Source: Alphaproteobacteria bacterium
GTDB lineage: Bacteria > Pseudomonadota > Alphaproteobacteria > RF32 > CAG-239
Direction: 5' to 3'
DNA length: 36,084 nt
Assembly: GCA_017958895.1 (NCBI GenBank)
Contig: JAGDBT010000087.1
Span: 1 to 36,084, forward strand
How positions within the stretch are numbered: position 1 is the first letter of the stretch; every line of letters begins with the position of its first letter. The notes under the pieces were generated by a model. The model had not been told where the DNA came from, ran no database searches, and worked only from the letters and a program-made list of their open reading frames with translations. A program made the position numbers and the translations under genes. Shown piece after piece: positions 19,284 to 29,267 of this stretch.

Positions 19284-22200
19284 GGCTTTTCCTTTGCAAA
19301 ACAGGCTTTTGAAAATGTTCTTTAATCGTTTCAAAAAAAGCAAATAGTGACGGCACGAAAATAATACCTATAAGCGTGGCAAAAATCATACCGAAAAACA
19401 CCGAAGAGCCAATTGCTATTTGCGAATTTGCTCCCGCTCCTTTTGCCACCACCATCGGAAACACGCCCAAAATAAAGGTTAAGGCCGTCATCAAAACCGC
19501 ACGATAACGTTCCTCCGCTCCTTTGAGTGCCGCTTCCATTATGGAAAATCCCTGCTCACGATACATTTTGGTAAATTCCACAATCAGAATGGCATTTTTG
19601 GAAGCCAAGCCTATTAACATTACCAATCCCAACTGGGCATAAATACTTAACGATTGCCCCATCAAAAATAATCCGATTAAAGCCCCTAAAATCGCAAAAA
19701 CCGTTGAAAAAATAACCGATAAAGCCACCAACCAACTCTCGTAAAGCGCCACCAAAAACAAATATCCGAAAATAACCGCCAGAGTTATAAGAATTATCGC
19801 CAGACCTCTCGTTTCAACCTCTTGCAGACTTAATCCCGTCCAAGCAATCGAATAATCATCGGAAAGATTTTTTTCCAATTCTTCCAATTTGGCCAATGAA
19901 GTACCGCTACTTACTCCGGGTGCGGATACAGCGGTTATTTCCGCCGCCGTATATTGATTGAAGCGGTAAATTATCTTCGGTGAAATCACATTTTTTAAGG
20001 TAGCGAAACTATCCGCCCTGACAAGTTCTCCGGTTTGCGAACGAACACGTAATCTGCCTATGTCTTCAAAATTGCGACGATAATCGTAATCCGCCTCTAC
20101 AATTACTTTATTAACCTGTCCGCCCAATGTTATATTGTTTATATATCGCGAACCCAAATTATTTTGCAAAGCGGCAAAAAAATCAGCCACGGAAACTTGA
20201 TAATATTCCAATTTTCGGCGGTCTATTTCCAAATAAATATGCGGAGTATCGGCACTGAAGGTTGTAAAAGCGTAGGCTATTTCCGAACTGGAATTTATCG
20301 CTTGCAGATATTTTTGCAATTCCTTACTTAACTCTGCGGCGGATATATCGCCGTCGGACGTTAAAAATTCCAAAGAAATGCCGTCGCTGTCGCCTATTCC
20401 GGGAATTGACGGCGGTGCAAAAAAGTTTATTTGCGCACCTTTATCGGCGGCAAATAAAGCATTTAATTTATCTGTTATGGCGCTTAAAGATTCTTCTTTA
20501 TTTGTTCTTTGCGCCCACGGTTTAAGCCCCACAACGCCCAAGGCCACATTTTCCCCGCCACCGCCGAGCATGCTGTAACCGGCAACCGAAATAAAGTAAT
20601 TTACACCGGAAATTTTTAAAATTTTATCATTCATTTTTCCCAATTGCTCGGTGGTCTGGTTTATACCGGCCGTATCGGGAAGTTGTAGGTTTACGAAGAT
20701 AATCCCCTGATCTTCCTGAGGCAAAAATGATGACGGACTGTATTTGAAAATTCCTAAAATAAGTAAAATTGTCAGCAATATAAAACCCGTGCTCAATTTC
20801 AGATTTTTCACCGCAAAATTCACCGCCTTAAGATAATAAGATTTGCTCAAATCAAGGTATTTATCAAAATATTTGAAAAAACCGCGCCCCTGCTCCTCTT
20901 GATAGTTTTTCAAAAAAATACCGCACAGTGCCGGGCTCAAGGTTAAGGCATTAATTGAAGAAAAAGATACGGCTGTGGCAATTGTAACCGCAAACTGCTG
21001 ATAAATTTTTCCGGTAATTCCGGCCATCAATCCTACCGGCACGAAAATGGCCAACAAAACAAAAGTTGTTGCTATCACCGCACTGCCTATCTGTTCCATG
21101 GCTTTAACTGCCGCTTTATCCGATTCCAGACCTTCGTTAATCATCAGATATTGCACGCGTTCCACAACAATTATGGCATCATCGACCACCAAACCTATCG
21201 CCAATATCATGGCAAACAAAGTCAATATATTTATATTAAATCCCAAAACATAAATTACCGCAAACGTGGCAATTAACGAAACGGGAATTGTAAAAACCGG
21301 AATTAAAGTAGTCTTCCATTTTTGCAAAAAAACATAAGTTACCAACACCACCAACAAAAAAGTAATTACCAATGTATCAAAAATACTCTTAAGCGATGCA
21401 CGAACATAATCGGTCGAATCGTAAGCCACCTTAAATTCCATATCTTTCGGCATTTTACGCGACAGTTCACTCATCTTGCGCCTCAGCTGTTGCATGGTCT
21501 GCAATGAATTGGTGTTAGGTGTTTGATTTATACCCATAATCAGCGCCGGCGAATTATTGTAACTTGATTTAAGATTATAAATATCCGCACCGAGTTCAAT
21601 ATAAGCAACATCTTTCAGATAAATCACCCCGCCGTCATTACCGGCAGCAACAACTATATTTTCAAAATCTTGTACGGTTTTTAACAAGCCTTTTGCCGCC
21701 AAAGAAAGGACTATCTTGTTGTTTTGCGGGCTGGGTGCCGCGCCTATACTGCCCACGGAGGCTTGTATATTCTGATTTTTTACGGCAGATATTACATCTG
21801 TTCCCACCAAACCTAAACTGTTAAGTTTATCGCTGTTAAGCCAAATTCGCATACTGTACTGCGGACCGAAAATTTGCACATCACCGACACCTTTTACTCG
21901 GGAAAGAGCATTTTTTATGTTGGTATGCGCATAATTGCTCAAAAACAAATCATCATAACTGTGGTTCGGAGAACGCAGCACCAACATGGCCAACATATTA
22001 TTATTTTGAGTTTTTACATCGAATCCGTATTTGGTAACATCTTCCGGCAAATCCGCCATGGCCTGCTGCAAGCGATTTTGTACTTTTACCTGAGCAATAT
22101 CCGCATCCGTTCCGGCTTCAAAAGTAACCGTAAGTTTGTACGAACCGTTATCATCACAAGAAGATGACATATAAAGCATATTATCAATGCCGTTAATTTC

Positions 22201-22404
22201 GTTTTCCAGCGGTATTGCCACCGTTTCGCTCAAAACCTCGGCATTTGCGCCGGGATAATTTGCCGATACCACCACTTGCGGCGGTGTAATTTCCGGATAT
22301 TGTGCCACCGGAAGAACCGCAATCGCCATGATCCCCAACAAAATCATAACCGTTGATATTACTATGGCGAATCGCGGACGATTTATAAAAAATGCCGAAA
22401 ACAT
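19276..22404 (-). CDS. RND multidrug efflux permease (HAE1/AcrB family)
   Basis: Start reset to [17 protein letters not shown] (the canonical AcrB N-terminus). About 1040 aa with the 12-TM plus two large loops architecture. Confidence 0.93.
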   Translation of the reverse strand: MFSAFFINRPRFAIVISTVMILLGIMAIAVLPVAQYPEITPPQVVVSANYPGANAEVLSETVAIPLENEINGIDNMLYMSSSCDDNGSYKLTVTFEAGTDADIAQVKVQNRLQQAMADLPEDVTKYGFDVKTQNNNMLAMLVLRSPNHSYDDLFLSNYAHTNIKNALSRVKGVGDVQIFGPQYSMRIWLNSDKLNSLGLVGTDVISAVKNQNIQASVGSIGAAPSPQNNKIVLSLAAKGLLKTVQDFENIVVAAGNDGGVIYLKDVAYIELGADIYNLKSSYNNSPALIMGINQTPNTNSLQTMQQLRRKMSELSRKMPKDMEFKVAYDSTDYVRASLKSIFDTLVITFLLVVLVTYVFLQKWKTTLIPVFTIPVSLIATFAVIYVLGFNINILTLFAMILAIGLVVDDAIIVVERVQYLMINEGLESDKAAVKAMEQIGSAVIATTFVLLAIFVPVGLMAGITGKIYQQFAVTIATAVSFSSINALTLSPALCGIFLKNYQEEQGRGFFKYFDKYLDLSKSYYLKAVNFAVKNLKLSTGFILLTILLILGIFKYSPSSFLPQEDQGIIFVNLQLPDTAGINQTTEQLGKMNDKILKISGVNYFISVAGYSMLGGGGENVALGVVGLKPWAQRTNKEESLSAITDKLNALFAADKGAQINFFAPPSIPGIGDSDGISLEFLTSDGDISAAELSKELQKYLQAINSSSEIAYAFTTFSADTPHIYLEIDRRKLEYYQVSVADFFAALQNNLGSRYINNITLGGQVNKVIVEADYDYRRNFEDIGRLRVRSQTGELVRADSFATLKNVISPKIIYRFNQYTAAEITAVSAPGVSSGTSLAKLEELEKNLSDDYSIAWTGLSLQEVETRGLAIILITLAVIFGYLFLVALYESWLVALSVIFSTVFAILGALIGLFLMGQSLSIYAQLGLVMLIGLASKNAILIVEFTKMYREQGFSIMEAALKGAEERYRAVLMTALTFILGVFPMVVAKGAGANSQIAIGSSVFFGMIFATLIGIIFVPSLFAFFETIKEHFQKPVLQRKSHD

Positions 22405-22405
22405 T

Positions 22406-23518
22406 TTATTTCTCCGCACTTATAAATTCTGTTTTAACTTTTTGACCGACTTCGCTTTGCAACGCCCCGTAAGCGATGAATTCATCCTTGGCAAAAATGT
22501 TTTTTATCGCATACTCATTATTGATTTCGCCGATAATTTCCACTTGCTTTTCTTCAAGCACCCCGTTTTGCACCGTCAGAACAAAATAGCCGTCGTTTTT
22601 CATGATAACCTGTTCTTTGGGTAGCAAAATTACATCTTCATATTCTTTGAGCACCAAAACATTAACATAGGCATTCGGCAGCAATTTTCCCTCGGGATTT
22701 GCAAATTCCGCATATACCGCAACCGACGAAGTGTTTTTATCTACTTCATTGGCCGAATATTTGATTTGCCCGATTTCCGGATACAAAGTGCCGTCTGACA
22801 GGCGCAAGCGAACTTTAATTTTTTTATCGTCCTTAAATCCTCTCAAATATTCCTTATCCGTAATTGAAAAAACCACTCTTATCGGGTTATATTGCACCAA
22901 TTTCATTAAATCTTTGCTTTGCGGTGAAATATAATCACCGGGCGATAAAGAAACATCGCCCAAAACTCCGTCAAAAGGCGCCGTCAGATAAGTATATTTG
23001 AAATTCAATACGGCATTTTGATAAGCCGCATGAGCCTGTTTAAGTTTTCCTTTGGCATTCATATAAGCCGTTTTTCCGTCATCGATTTCGCTTAACGAAA
23101 CCGCCTGTTCTCCGGCATTTAATAAACGATGATAGTGAATTTTGCTGTTCGCAAACTCGGCTTTGGCGGCAAAAAGCGCCGCATCGGCGGCCGAAAGTTC
23201 CGCCAGATATTGTTCTTGCTGCAAAATTGCCAGAATTTCTCCCTTTTTTACTTCTTGTCCGCCTTTTGCTTCAATTTTTATTACATAACCACTGATATAG
23301 GGCACTATTTGCGTGTGATTAACCGCTTGCACGACACCTATGTAATTTGAAGTAATAACAACCTTTTCGCCTTGCGGTTTTTGCACCGAAACGATTATAT
23401 CTTTTTCCACACTTTCCTTTGGTGTGTTTTTGTGTAAACGCTTAACGATGTAAAATCCGAAAAGCACATTCAGACAAAGCAAGATTATAATCAACCCTAT
23501 CGCAAATTTTTTGCCCAT
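22406..23518 (-). CDS. RND efflux periplasmic adaptor (MFP)
   Basis: Start reset to [16 protein letters not shown] after GGAGGGAAAA. Has a lipoyl/coiled-coil hairpin pattern ([29 protein letters not shown]) and a beta-barrel region. Confidence 0.85.
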   Translation of the reverse strand: MGKKFAIGLIIILLCLNVLFGFYIVKRLHKNTPKESVEKDIIVSVQKPQGEKVVITSNYIGVVQAVNHTQIVPYISGYVIKIEAKGGQEVKKGEILAILQQEQYLAELSAADAALFAAKAEFANSKIHYHRLLNAGEQAVSLSEIDDGKTAYMNAKGKLKQAHAAYQNAVLNFKYTYLTAPFDGVLGDVSLSPGDYISPQSKDLMKLVQYNPIRVVFSITDKEYLRGFKDDKKIKVRLRLSDGTLYPEIGQIKYSANEVDKNTSSVAVYAEFANPEGKLLPNAYVNVLVLKEYEDVILLPKEQVIMKNDGYFVLTVQNGVLEEKQVEIIGEINNEYAIKNIFAKDEFIAYGALQSEVGQKVKTEFISAEK

Positions 23519-23579
23519 TTTTCCCTCCGAAAGATTTTTGCTATAACTTAATGGCAGAAAATGCTTTTTCAAGCGGTGC

Positions 23580-24449
23580 TTATTGCATCAATTCTATGGC
23601 TTTGGAAATTTTGCGAATCGAATTAAGTTCAATCTGTCGGACGCGCTCTTTGGAAATATTATAAATCTGGCTCAATTCATCAAGCGTTGTATTCTCATCG
23701 CTCATACGTCTTTTATACAATATATCTTTCTCGCGCGGATTTAATACCGTAATGGCTTTGTAAAACAGTTTTCGACGATAATTCATGGTTTCCCGATAAG
23801 AAAACTGTTCTTCCTGATTCGGTTTGTTATCATAAATAAAATCAATCCATTCGCTTCCGCTTTCCGAATCGTTATTCATCGAAACATTTAGCGATCCGTC
23901 ATGGGCTTTCAGCCGCATATTCATATCCGTAACCTCTTGAATGCTGACATCAAGCGTATCGGCAATTTCTTTTAACACCTCGCTTGAAAGTTCCCTGTCA
24001 TCATTCAACTTCAAATTGTTTTTTATCTTGCGCAAATTAAAAAATAATTTTTTTTGCGCTGCGGTTGTGCCCAATTTAACCAAAGACCACGAATTTAAAA
24101 TATATTTTTGCACCGCCGCTTTTATCCACCACAAAGCATAAGTCGAAAAGCGGAACCCTTTATCCGGTTCAAATTTGTTGACGGCATAAATCAGACCGAT
24201 ATTACCTTCCGAAATCATCTCGTTAATCGGCAGGCCGTAACCTTTATAAGTTGACACCACCTTTACTACCAAGCGCAAGTGCGAAGTTATCAATTTATAG
24301 GCTATTTCTTTGTTATGAGTTTTTTTGTATTCAATCGCCAAATTATATTCTTCTTCTTGAGTAAGCAACGGATAGCGACGAATATTTTGTAAATAACGTG
24401 CCAGATTTATCTCCGGCGAAAAGTCAAGTCCGGTAAGAGCAGTTTCCAT
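23580..24449 (-). CDS. rpoH: RNA polymerase sigma-32 (RpoH)
   Basis: RpoH box QKKLFFNLRKIK plus regions 2 and 4 (YKGYGLPINEMISEGNIGL..., ISKERVRQIE). Start set at METALTGL (complement of 24447-24449), 5 nt after AGGAGAA. Two upstream in-frame ATGs (24494, 24482) lack an SD. Confidence 0.9.
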   Translation of the reverse strand: METALTGLDFSPEINLARYLQNIRRYPLLTQEEEYNLAIEYKKTHNKEIAYKLITSHLRLVVKVVSTYKGYGLPINEMISEGNIGLIYAVNKFEPDKGFRFSTYALWWIKAAVQKYILNSWSLVKLGTTAAQKKLFFNLRKIKNNLKLNDDRELSSEVLKEIADTLDVSIQEVTDMNMRLKAHDGSLNVSMNNDSESGSEWIDFIYDNKPNQEEQFSYRETMNYRRKLFYKAITVLNPREKDILYKRRMSDENTTLDELSQIYNISKERVRQIELNSIRKISKAIELMQ

Positions 24450-24549
24450 AATTGTTCTCCTTTGAATGACCGTATCAATCATAAGAACGACCATTCAAAC
24501 TCTCAAGCCGTACTTTGGTTATAAAAACAAACTATCTGTTATATAAAAA

Positions 24550-25542
24550 TCAGATTCCGGATGATAATTTTTCCAATAACTCGGTCATATCCGCCGGTAA
24601 TTTTGAATCAAATTGCAAAAATTCTCCGCTCCGCGGATGAACAAACCCCAGCGTTTTGGCATGTAGTGCCTGACGAGGAAAGGTGTTTACATAAGTTTTA
24701 AGTTCCGGCGGCAAAGCCAATTCGGATTTTTTATTTTTAACATAAAGTTTATCGCCTATCAGCGCGTGTCCTTGCGTGCTTAAATGCACTCTTATCTGGT
24801 GTGTGCGACCGGTTTCCAAATTACATTGTACCAATGAAGCGAATCGGCCGAAAATTTGCAATGTTTTATAATTGGTTGCCGCAAATTTGCCGCCTTTTTC
24901 CACTATAGCCATTTTTTTGCGATCAAACGGGCTGCGCCCTATATTTCCTTCAATACGACCGCTTAATTCCGTAAAAACGCCATAGATGACCGCCTCATAA
25001 GTCCTTTCCGAAGAATGCTCGGCAAATTGCGCACTCAAAAAGTTATGGGCCGTATCATTTTTTGCCACCACCAGCAAACCGCTGGTTTCTTTATCTATGC
25101 GATGCACAATTCCCGGACGCTTTACACCGCCGATGCCGGAAAGCTTATCGCCGCAGTGATACAGCAAGGCATTTACCAAAGTACCGGAATATGCTCCGGC
25201 CGCCGGATGTACGGTCATCCCTGCCGGTTTGTTTACAACAATTAAATCATCATCTTCATAAACAATATCCAAAGGAATATTCTCGGCTATAGGTTCTGCC
25301 TCTTCGGCCGGCGGAATCGTTATTTGATAGCAATCACCTTCTTTAACCCTAAAAGAATTGTCGGCAATTACTATTTCTTCGCACTCCACATTGCCGCCGG
25401 AAATAAGTTTTTGCAATCGGGAACGCGACATATCGGGCAACCTTAAAGACAAAAACTTATCCAAGCGCAGATTTTTTTCTGCCGCCGCAACTTCTGAAAC
25501 TGTAATCACTTCTTCCGTCATTTTTTTAACATTATTAAGCAT
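24550..25542 (-). CDS. rluD: 23S rRNA pseudouridine synthase, RluA family (RluD-like), with an N-terminal S4 domain
   Basis: Has an S4-like LRLDKFLS...SRSRLQKLI, the catalytic HRIDKETSGLLVVAKN, and LHAKTLGFVHPRSGE. The start is ambiguous between 25542 and Met8 at 25521. Confidence 0.88.
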   Translation of the reverse strand: MLNNVKKMTEEVITVSEVAAAEKNLRLDKFLSLRLPDMSRSRLQKLISGGNVECEEIVIADNSFRVKEGDCYQITIPPAEEAEPIAENIPLDIVYEDDDLIVVNKPAGMTVHPAAGAYSGTLVNALLYHCGDKLSGIGGVKRPGIVHRIDKETSGLLVVAKNDTAHNFLSAQFAEHSSERTYEAVIYGVFTELSGRIEGNIGRSPFDRKKMAIVEKGGKFAATNYKTLQIFGRFASLVQCNLETGRTHQIRVHLSTQGHALIGDKLYVKNKKSELALPPELKTYVNTFPRQALHAKTLGFVHPRSGEFLQFDSKLPADMTELLEKLSSGI

Positions 25543-25630
25543 ATTTTATAAAATATCTTTTATTTTTGCATCATAAGAGTTATTATATCCAAAAGCAAGA
25601 AGAGTTTGCAATTCACGCAAGGAGATATCT

Positions 25631-26587
25631 ATGAGTGAAGAAAATAATGAAATTATCAGCGCTGATGACGATTTTGAAAAACTTTTGCAAAGTTTTATAA
25701 ACTCCAACATAGACGATGCAGATGAGAAACCGGCTAAAAAAACCGAAGAAGTTCCGGAGCCGAAAAAGGATGCGAGCAGCCCTTCTTTGAGCGAAGAAGG
25801 AAAACGGCAAAACGAAGAAGCCTCCAGACTCTTTGAACAAGAATTGGCAAACACTTTTGCCGAAGTACGTAATGATATAGAAAGAGAAAAAAACACTCCG
25901 ACCTTAAAATCCGAGGAATCGGAGTTGGCACAAGCGTTTATTAACTATAAAACCTCTATTGAAAAATTGACAACCACGCATTTGCAACAAAAATTTGAAA
26001 CCAAATTTTTCATTGATTTGCTTTATCCGAATTATAAACCGAGTGTCGGAAGAATTTTATCTTATGACTTGGCTGCCGGTTGGACTGCTTTGTGCAAAAT
26101 GTTTCCGAATGATGTCGGAAAATTTCCGGTAACCTCTTCCGACGAAGAATTTTTAAATTTTGCCGAAAAATTACGCGATCAGGATTTGCAATTGGCCGTC
26201 ATTTCTTATGTGGAAATTTTGATTGATATGGAAGGCTGTGAAATAACCTATCAGATGAAATTGGCCAAATATCAGGAACAGCATATCAAAAAAATAATGT
26301 ACGAAGAATATTTGGCTCGCAAAGAAAGGCAAAAACGTTTTATTGAAATCTTGCAAACCAAAAACTTTCCGATAGATGTTGAAAAATTGATAAGTAATTA
26401 TTTTCGGGTGGCCCAGAAAGACGCTGATGGCGCTTATAAGGCTTTAATCACCAATCCGGCTGTTTTTGCGCCTATTGATTTCAGCAAAATTAAACCTCGC
26501 TTTTTCGGATTGGTAAAAGTTTCGCCAAAAGACGGCATTCGCGTAAACAAAGAAATCGGTGATTTCTTGAAAAATATTAAAGCTTAG
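25631..26587 (+). CDS. Hypothetical soluble protein, 318 aa, acidic N-terminal third; first gene of the T4CP cluster
   Basis: ATG 6 nt after AAGGAG. No TM helix or signal peptide. The N-terminal ~100 aa are D/E/K-rich, followed by a globular-looking region (FFIDLLYPNYKPSVGRILSYDLAAGWTALCKMFP...). No family recognised. Confidence 0.6.
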   Translation: MSEENNEIISADDDFEKLLQSFINSNIDDADEKPAKKTEEVPEPKKDASSPSLSEEGKRQNEEASRLFEQELANTFAEVRNDIEREKNTPTLKSEESELAQAFINYKTSIEKLTTTHLQQKFETKFFIDLLYPNYKPSVGRILSYDLAAGWTALCKMFPNDVGKFPVTSSDEEFLNFAEKLRDQDLQLAVISYVEILIDMEGCEITYQMKLAKYQEQHIKKIMYEEYLARKERQKRFIEILQTKNFPIDVEKLISNYFRVAQKDADGAYKALITNPAVFAPIDFSKIKPRFFGLVKVSPKDGIRVNKEIGDFLKNIKA

Positions 26588-26601
26588 AGGAAATTTTATT
26601 G

Positions 26602-26630
26602 TAGACAAAAAAGTTTTTTTGTGTTACATT
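26602..26630 (+). promoter_or_regulatory. Candidate extended -10 promoter for the 683-aa gene
   Basis: TAGACA (26602-26607), a 17-nt spacer ending in TGT (26622-24), then TACATT (26625-26630). An AAGGGAG SD lies 8 nt before the ATG at 26666. Pattern only. Confidence 0.4.
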
Positions 26631-26665
26631 GAGTAAAAAGAATACGGTTAAAGGGAGTATTTACC

Positions 26666-28717
26666 ATGGCAGAGATAGTGGATGACAAAACAGCAAAAAC
26701 CCCTACTGAAGAAAAAACAACCTCAGCGGGTGATAAGTTTGACCTGTTCTTAAAAGAACTGCAAAAAGCCGAACCCGACATGGAAATCATCAAAGATGGT
26801 CTGAAGAATTTCGGTACTATGAGCTTGTCTGAAACCCAAAAAGAGAATTTTATGAAAGCTTTGTATCCGGATTTGACATCTTCTTCTTTATCTCAAGGTT
26901 TTGAAGATGTTTCTCGCTTAAAGACCGTTCTCAATGCTGTTGTTGAAATACAAAAAGAAGACGAGCTTATTAAAGACCGGTTTATTAAATTAAATGCCGG
27001 CAACGACACCGTTGTTTCGGCTGAGCCTTCCGTAAGCGATGAGACGATTAAAAGTATTTTGGCTCCCGAGGGCGGAAAAAATGCTTTGGATACCTTAATC
27101 ATAAACGCTTATGCCGCAGATTTTAAGAGTGATAAAATAACCGATCCGGAAACTAGGGAAATTCTGAAAAATAATAAAAGCAATATTGATGAAACCTTAA
27201 AACTTTTCGCTCAAATAAAATCTCCCGTTTTACAAGATTTGCTGGAAACCAGTCGCAACGGTGAATATAAGGCTATCATCAAGAATCCTTATTATTCCGA
27301 GTCCGTAACTTCGTTTATCAATTCCGCGGAAGCCCATCACGAAGACGAAGGTGTTACTTCCGTGGGCGGAATTCCGGAAACCAAGGACGGTGTATCCATC
27401 GCTCCGGGCGAAGCTCCTGCCGCCGTGACCATTGGTGAAAAAGAAGCAGAAGACAAAAATATAGCTAACATAGAACCGGGACCTAAAGATAATTCCAAAG
27501 AAAACTTTAAGCCGGAGATTGTTCGTGAACAAGATATCATCAAGTATATGTTTGAAAAATGGTTTTTGGAATTTATGGTTTCCGGTACAATCAATATGCT
27601 CAATAAGGTAGTAAACGGCGCCGTAAATTATTTGGCTGAACACCTGGAAATGCCGGGCGGCTCGCATCCGGAATATGTTACAGCAAACACCGCTTCTGCC
27701 AAATATTTGCAAAAAACAACCAAAAACTTAGAAAACTCCTGTGACGAATTTGTAAATCCGCAGAATCGTTTCTATAAGGCAATGTATAAATGCTTAACCC
27801 ATAATGCCGAAAAAAATGTAGATTCTTGGAATATTCCGAATGTTGACGGTCAACCTTTGTTTGACTTGGCAGATAAACATGACCGCGACATGATGATTAA
27901 ATTCAAAAGAGCGTATGAGGCGAATCCGACCAAATTCAAAGAACAGTTAAAGGCCTTTGACCAGTTTGTTCAATCAGATTCTAAGCAAATTAAAAACATG
28001 CTCAAAGTGGCTGCTAAATTGGCTCTGGTACAGCATTTGTCGGCGAATATAGATAAAGATTTCGGTCCGCAAGATGAAGCCAGCGCCTCAACCAGAATGT
28101 TTGCCATTGCCGATGATCTGCATAAGAGCATGGTAAGAATAACCATGCAGGTTGAAAAAGACTATCGTCTGCAAAAAGGGCTCACGCCTGATGAAGAACT
28201 CGGTAAGGACGCCAAAAAAGAAGTAGAAACCAAAGCTCAGGTTGCTACAATGGAATATATACAACACTTAACCGATGCCGCTAACAACACGCACGATAAT
28301 TTGAAACAATATTACAAATCCGTAACCGACCACGACAAACAAAAGTATAAAACGGAAGTATCAAACGGCAATATGCAACTTGACAGCTTACTGGATGGTA
28401 ATTTTGAATTTTCTTCCCTCAAAAAAGCTGACGGCAAACCGATGTCTTTAAGAGAACTGGCTGCCGATGATGCTCGTGCCGCACGTATTGAGGAAATGTA
28501 CACCGGTCTGATTAAAATAGATGCCGGCGCCAATGAAACCTCAAAAGAAGCTAATGACAGAAGAAAAGAAAGCTTCAAAAAAATGATGGAAAGCGGAGAA
28601 TTTTCGCGCAAATCAGATGTAAAGGAAGTTGTCAACAAGGTTCAAAAAGAACAAAAAGCCATTCATTTATCTGATTTATTGACAAGATCATCCGCCGGCT
28701 CGGGAATGTTAAAATAA
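26666..28717 (+). CDS. Hypothetical soluble protein, 683 aa, K/E/D-rich, largely helical-looking
   Basis: Long uninterrupted ORF with a good SD. No TM helix or signal peptide and no catalytic motif I recognise. Its stop overlaps the next ATG (TAATG). Confidence 0.6.
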   Translation: MAEIVDDKTAKTPTEEKTTSAGDKFDLFLKELQKAEPDMEIIKDGLKNFGTMSLSETQKENFMKALYPDLTSSSLSQGFEDVSRLKTVLNAVVEIQKEDELIKDRFIKLNAGNDTVVSAEPSVSDETIKSILAPEGGKNALDTLIINAYAADFKSDKITDPETREILKNNKSNIDETLKLFAQIKSPVLQDLLETSRNGEYKAIIKNPYYSESVTSFINSAEAHHEDEGVTSVGGIPETKDGVSIAPGEAPAAVTIGEKEAEDKNIANIEPGPKDNSKENFKPEIVREQDIIKYMFEKWFLEFMVSGTINMLNKVVNGAVNYLAEHLEMPGGSHPEYVTANTASAKYLQKTTKNLENSCDEFVNPQNRFYKAMYKCLTHNAEKNVDSWNIPNVDGQPLFDLADKHDRDMMIKFKRAYEANPTKFKEQLKAFDQFVQSDSKQIKNMLKVAAKLALVQHLSANIDKDFGPQDEASASTRMFAIADDLHKSMVRITMQVEKDYRLQKGLTPDEELGKDAKKEVETKAQVATMEYIQHLTDAANNTHDNLKQYYKSVTDHDKQKYKTEVSNGNMQLDSLLDGNFEFSSLKKADGKPMSLRELAADDARAARIEEMYTGLIKIDAGANETSKEANDRRKESFKKMMESGEFSRKSDVKEVVNKVQKEQKAIHLSDLLTRSSAGSGMLK

Positions 28718-29199
28718 TGAAAAAATTTTTGCATTATATTTGCTTTATTGTTTTCGGCCTTATCTGGATTGTGGCTTTAGCCTTGTTATTCAGGTCGGTT
28801 TTTATTTTAACCAATCGGGTTGATATTCTTTCGCCGAAAACCTATCGCCTGCTGTCTGCTTTCTGGAATCACGGCGGCGTTTTGCGTGCCAAAGATTTAA
28901 TGATGTTCTTGGGAATAATTATATATTTTCCTCTTTGCTGGTACGGACTTCGTAAGCTTTATCGCTTTAAATATCTGAATATTTTATCCGTTCCTTTGAA
29001 TTGGATTGCCAATTACGGTGCCGATCATTACAAAACACCGAGTGTAAACATAAAAAATCTAAAAGTCGAAGAAAAGAAAACCTTAGAGCAAATCGTGCAG
29101 GAACGCCTGGACAAGGAAAAAAAGAAACAGGCAAACGCGCAACCTCAGGATTTGCGAAAAAAAATTATTGAACAAATTGAAGAAAATAAAAATTTATAA
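28717..29199 (+). CDS. Small two-TM membrane protein with a charged coiled-coil tail (160 aa)
   Basis: TM1 is ICFIVFGLIWIVALALLF and TM2 is MMFLGIIIYFPLCWYGL. The tail is EEKKTLEQIVQERLDKEKKKQ. The N-terminal 80 aa align without gaps to the N-terminus of the next gene product. Confidence 0.6.
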   Translation: MKKFLHYICFIVFGLIWIVALALLFRSVFILTNRVDILSPKTYRLLSAFWNHGGVLRAKDLMMFLGIIIYFPLCWYGLRKLYRFKYLNILSVPLNWIANYGADHYKTPSVNIKNLKVEEKKTLEQIVQERLDKEKKKQANAQPQDLRKKIIEQIEENKNL

Positions 29200-29267
29200 T
29201 CACTTTTTTAATAAATTGCGGATTATAAATATGAGATAGAATTGGGATAATAACGCGGAGTGAACAT

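Noticed and set aside
24450-24494. Longer rpoH form starting at MVVLMIDTV
   Set aside because: It has no SD, it lies inside a strong leader hairpin, and the downstream ATG has a good AGGAGAA SD and gives a typical sigma-32 N-terminal length.
25546-25896. 116-aa minus-strand ORF (S/L/F-rich) overlapping the start of the 318-aa gene
   Set aside because: It is antisense to the acidic, GAA/GAT-rich region, which automatically yields an open S/F/L frame. It has no SD and would collide with the rluD start region.
26605-26622. ACAAAAAA/TTTTTTGT inverted repeat after the 318-aa gene as a terminator
   Set aside because: The stem is almost entirely A-U (a single G-C pair) with a 2-4 nt loop, so it is too weak to call. 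The region reads better as the spacer of a promoter-like element.
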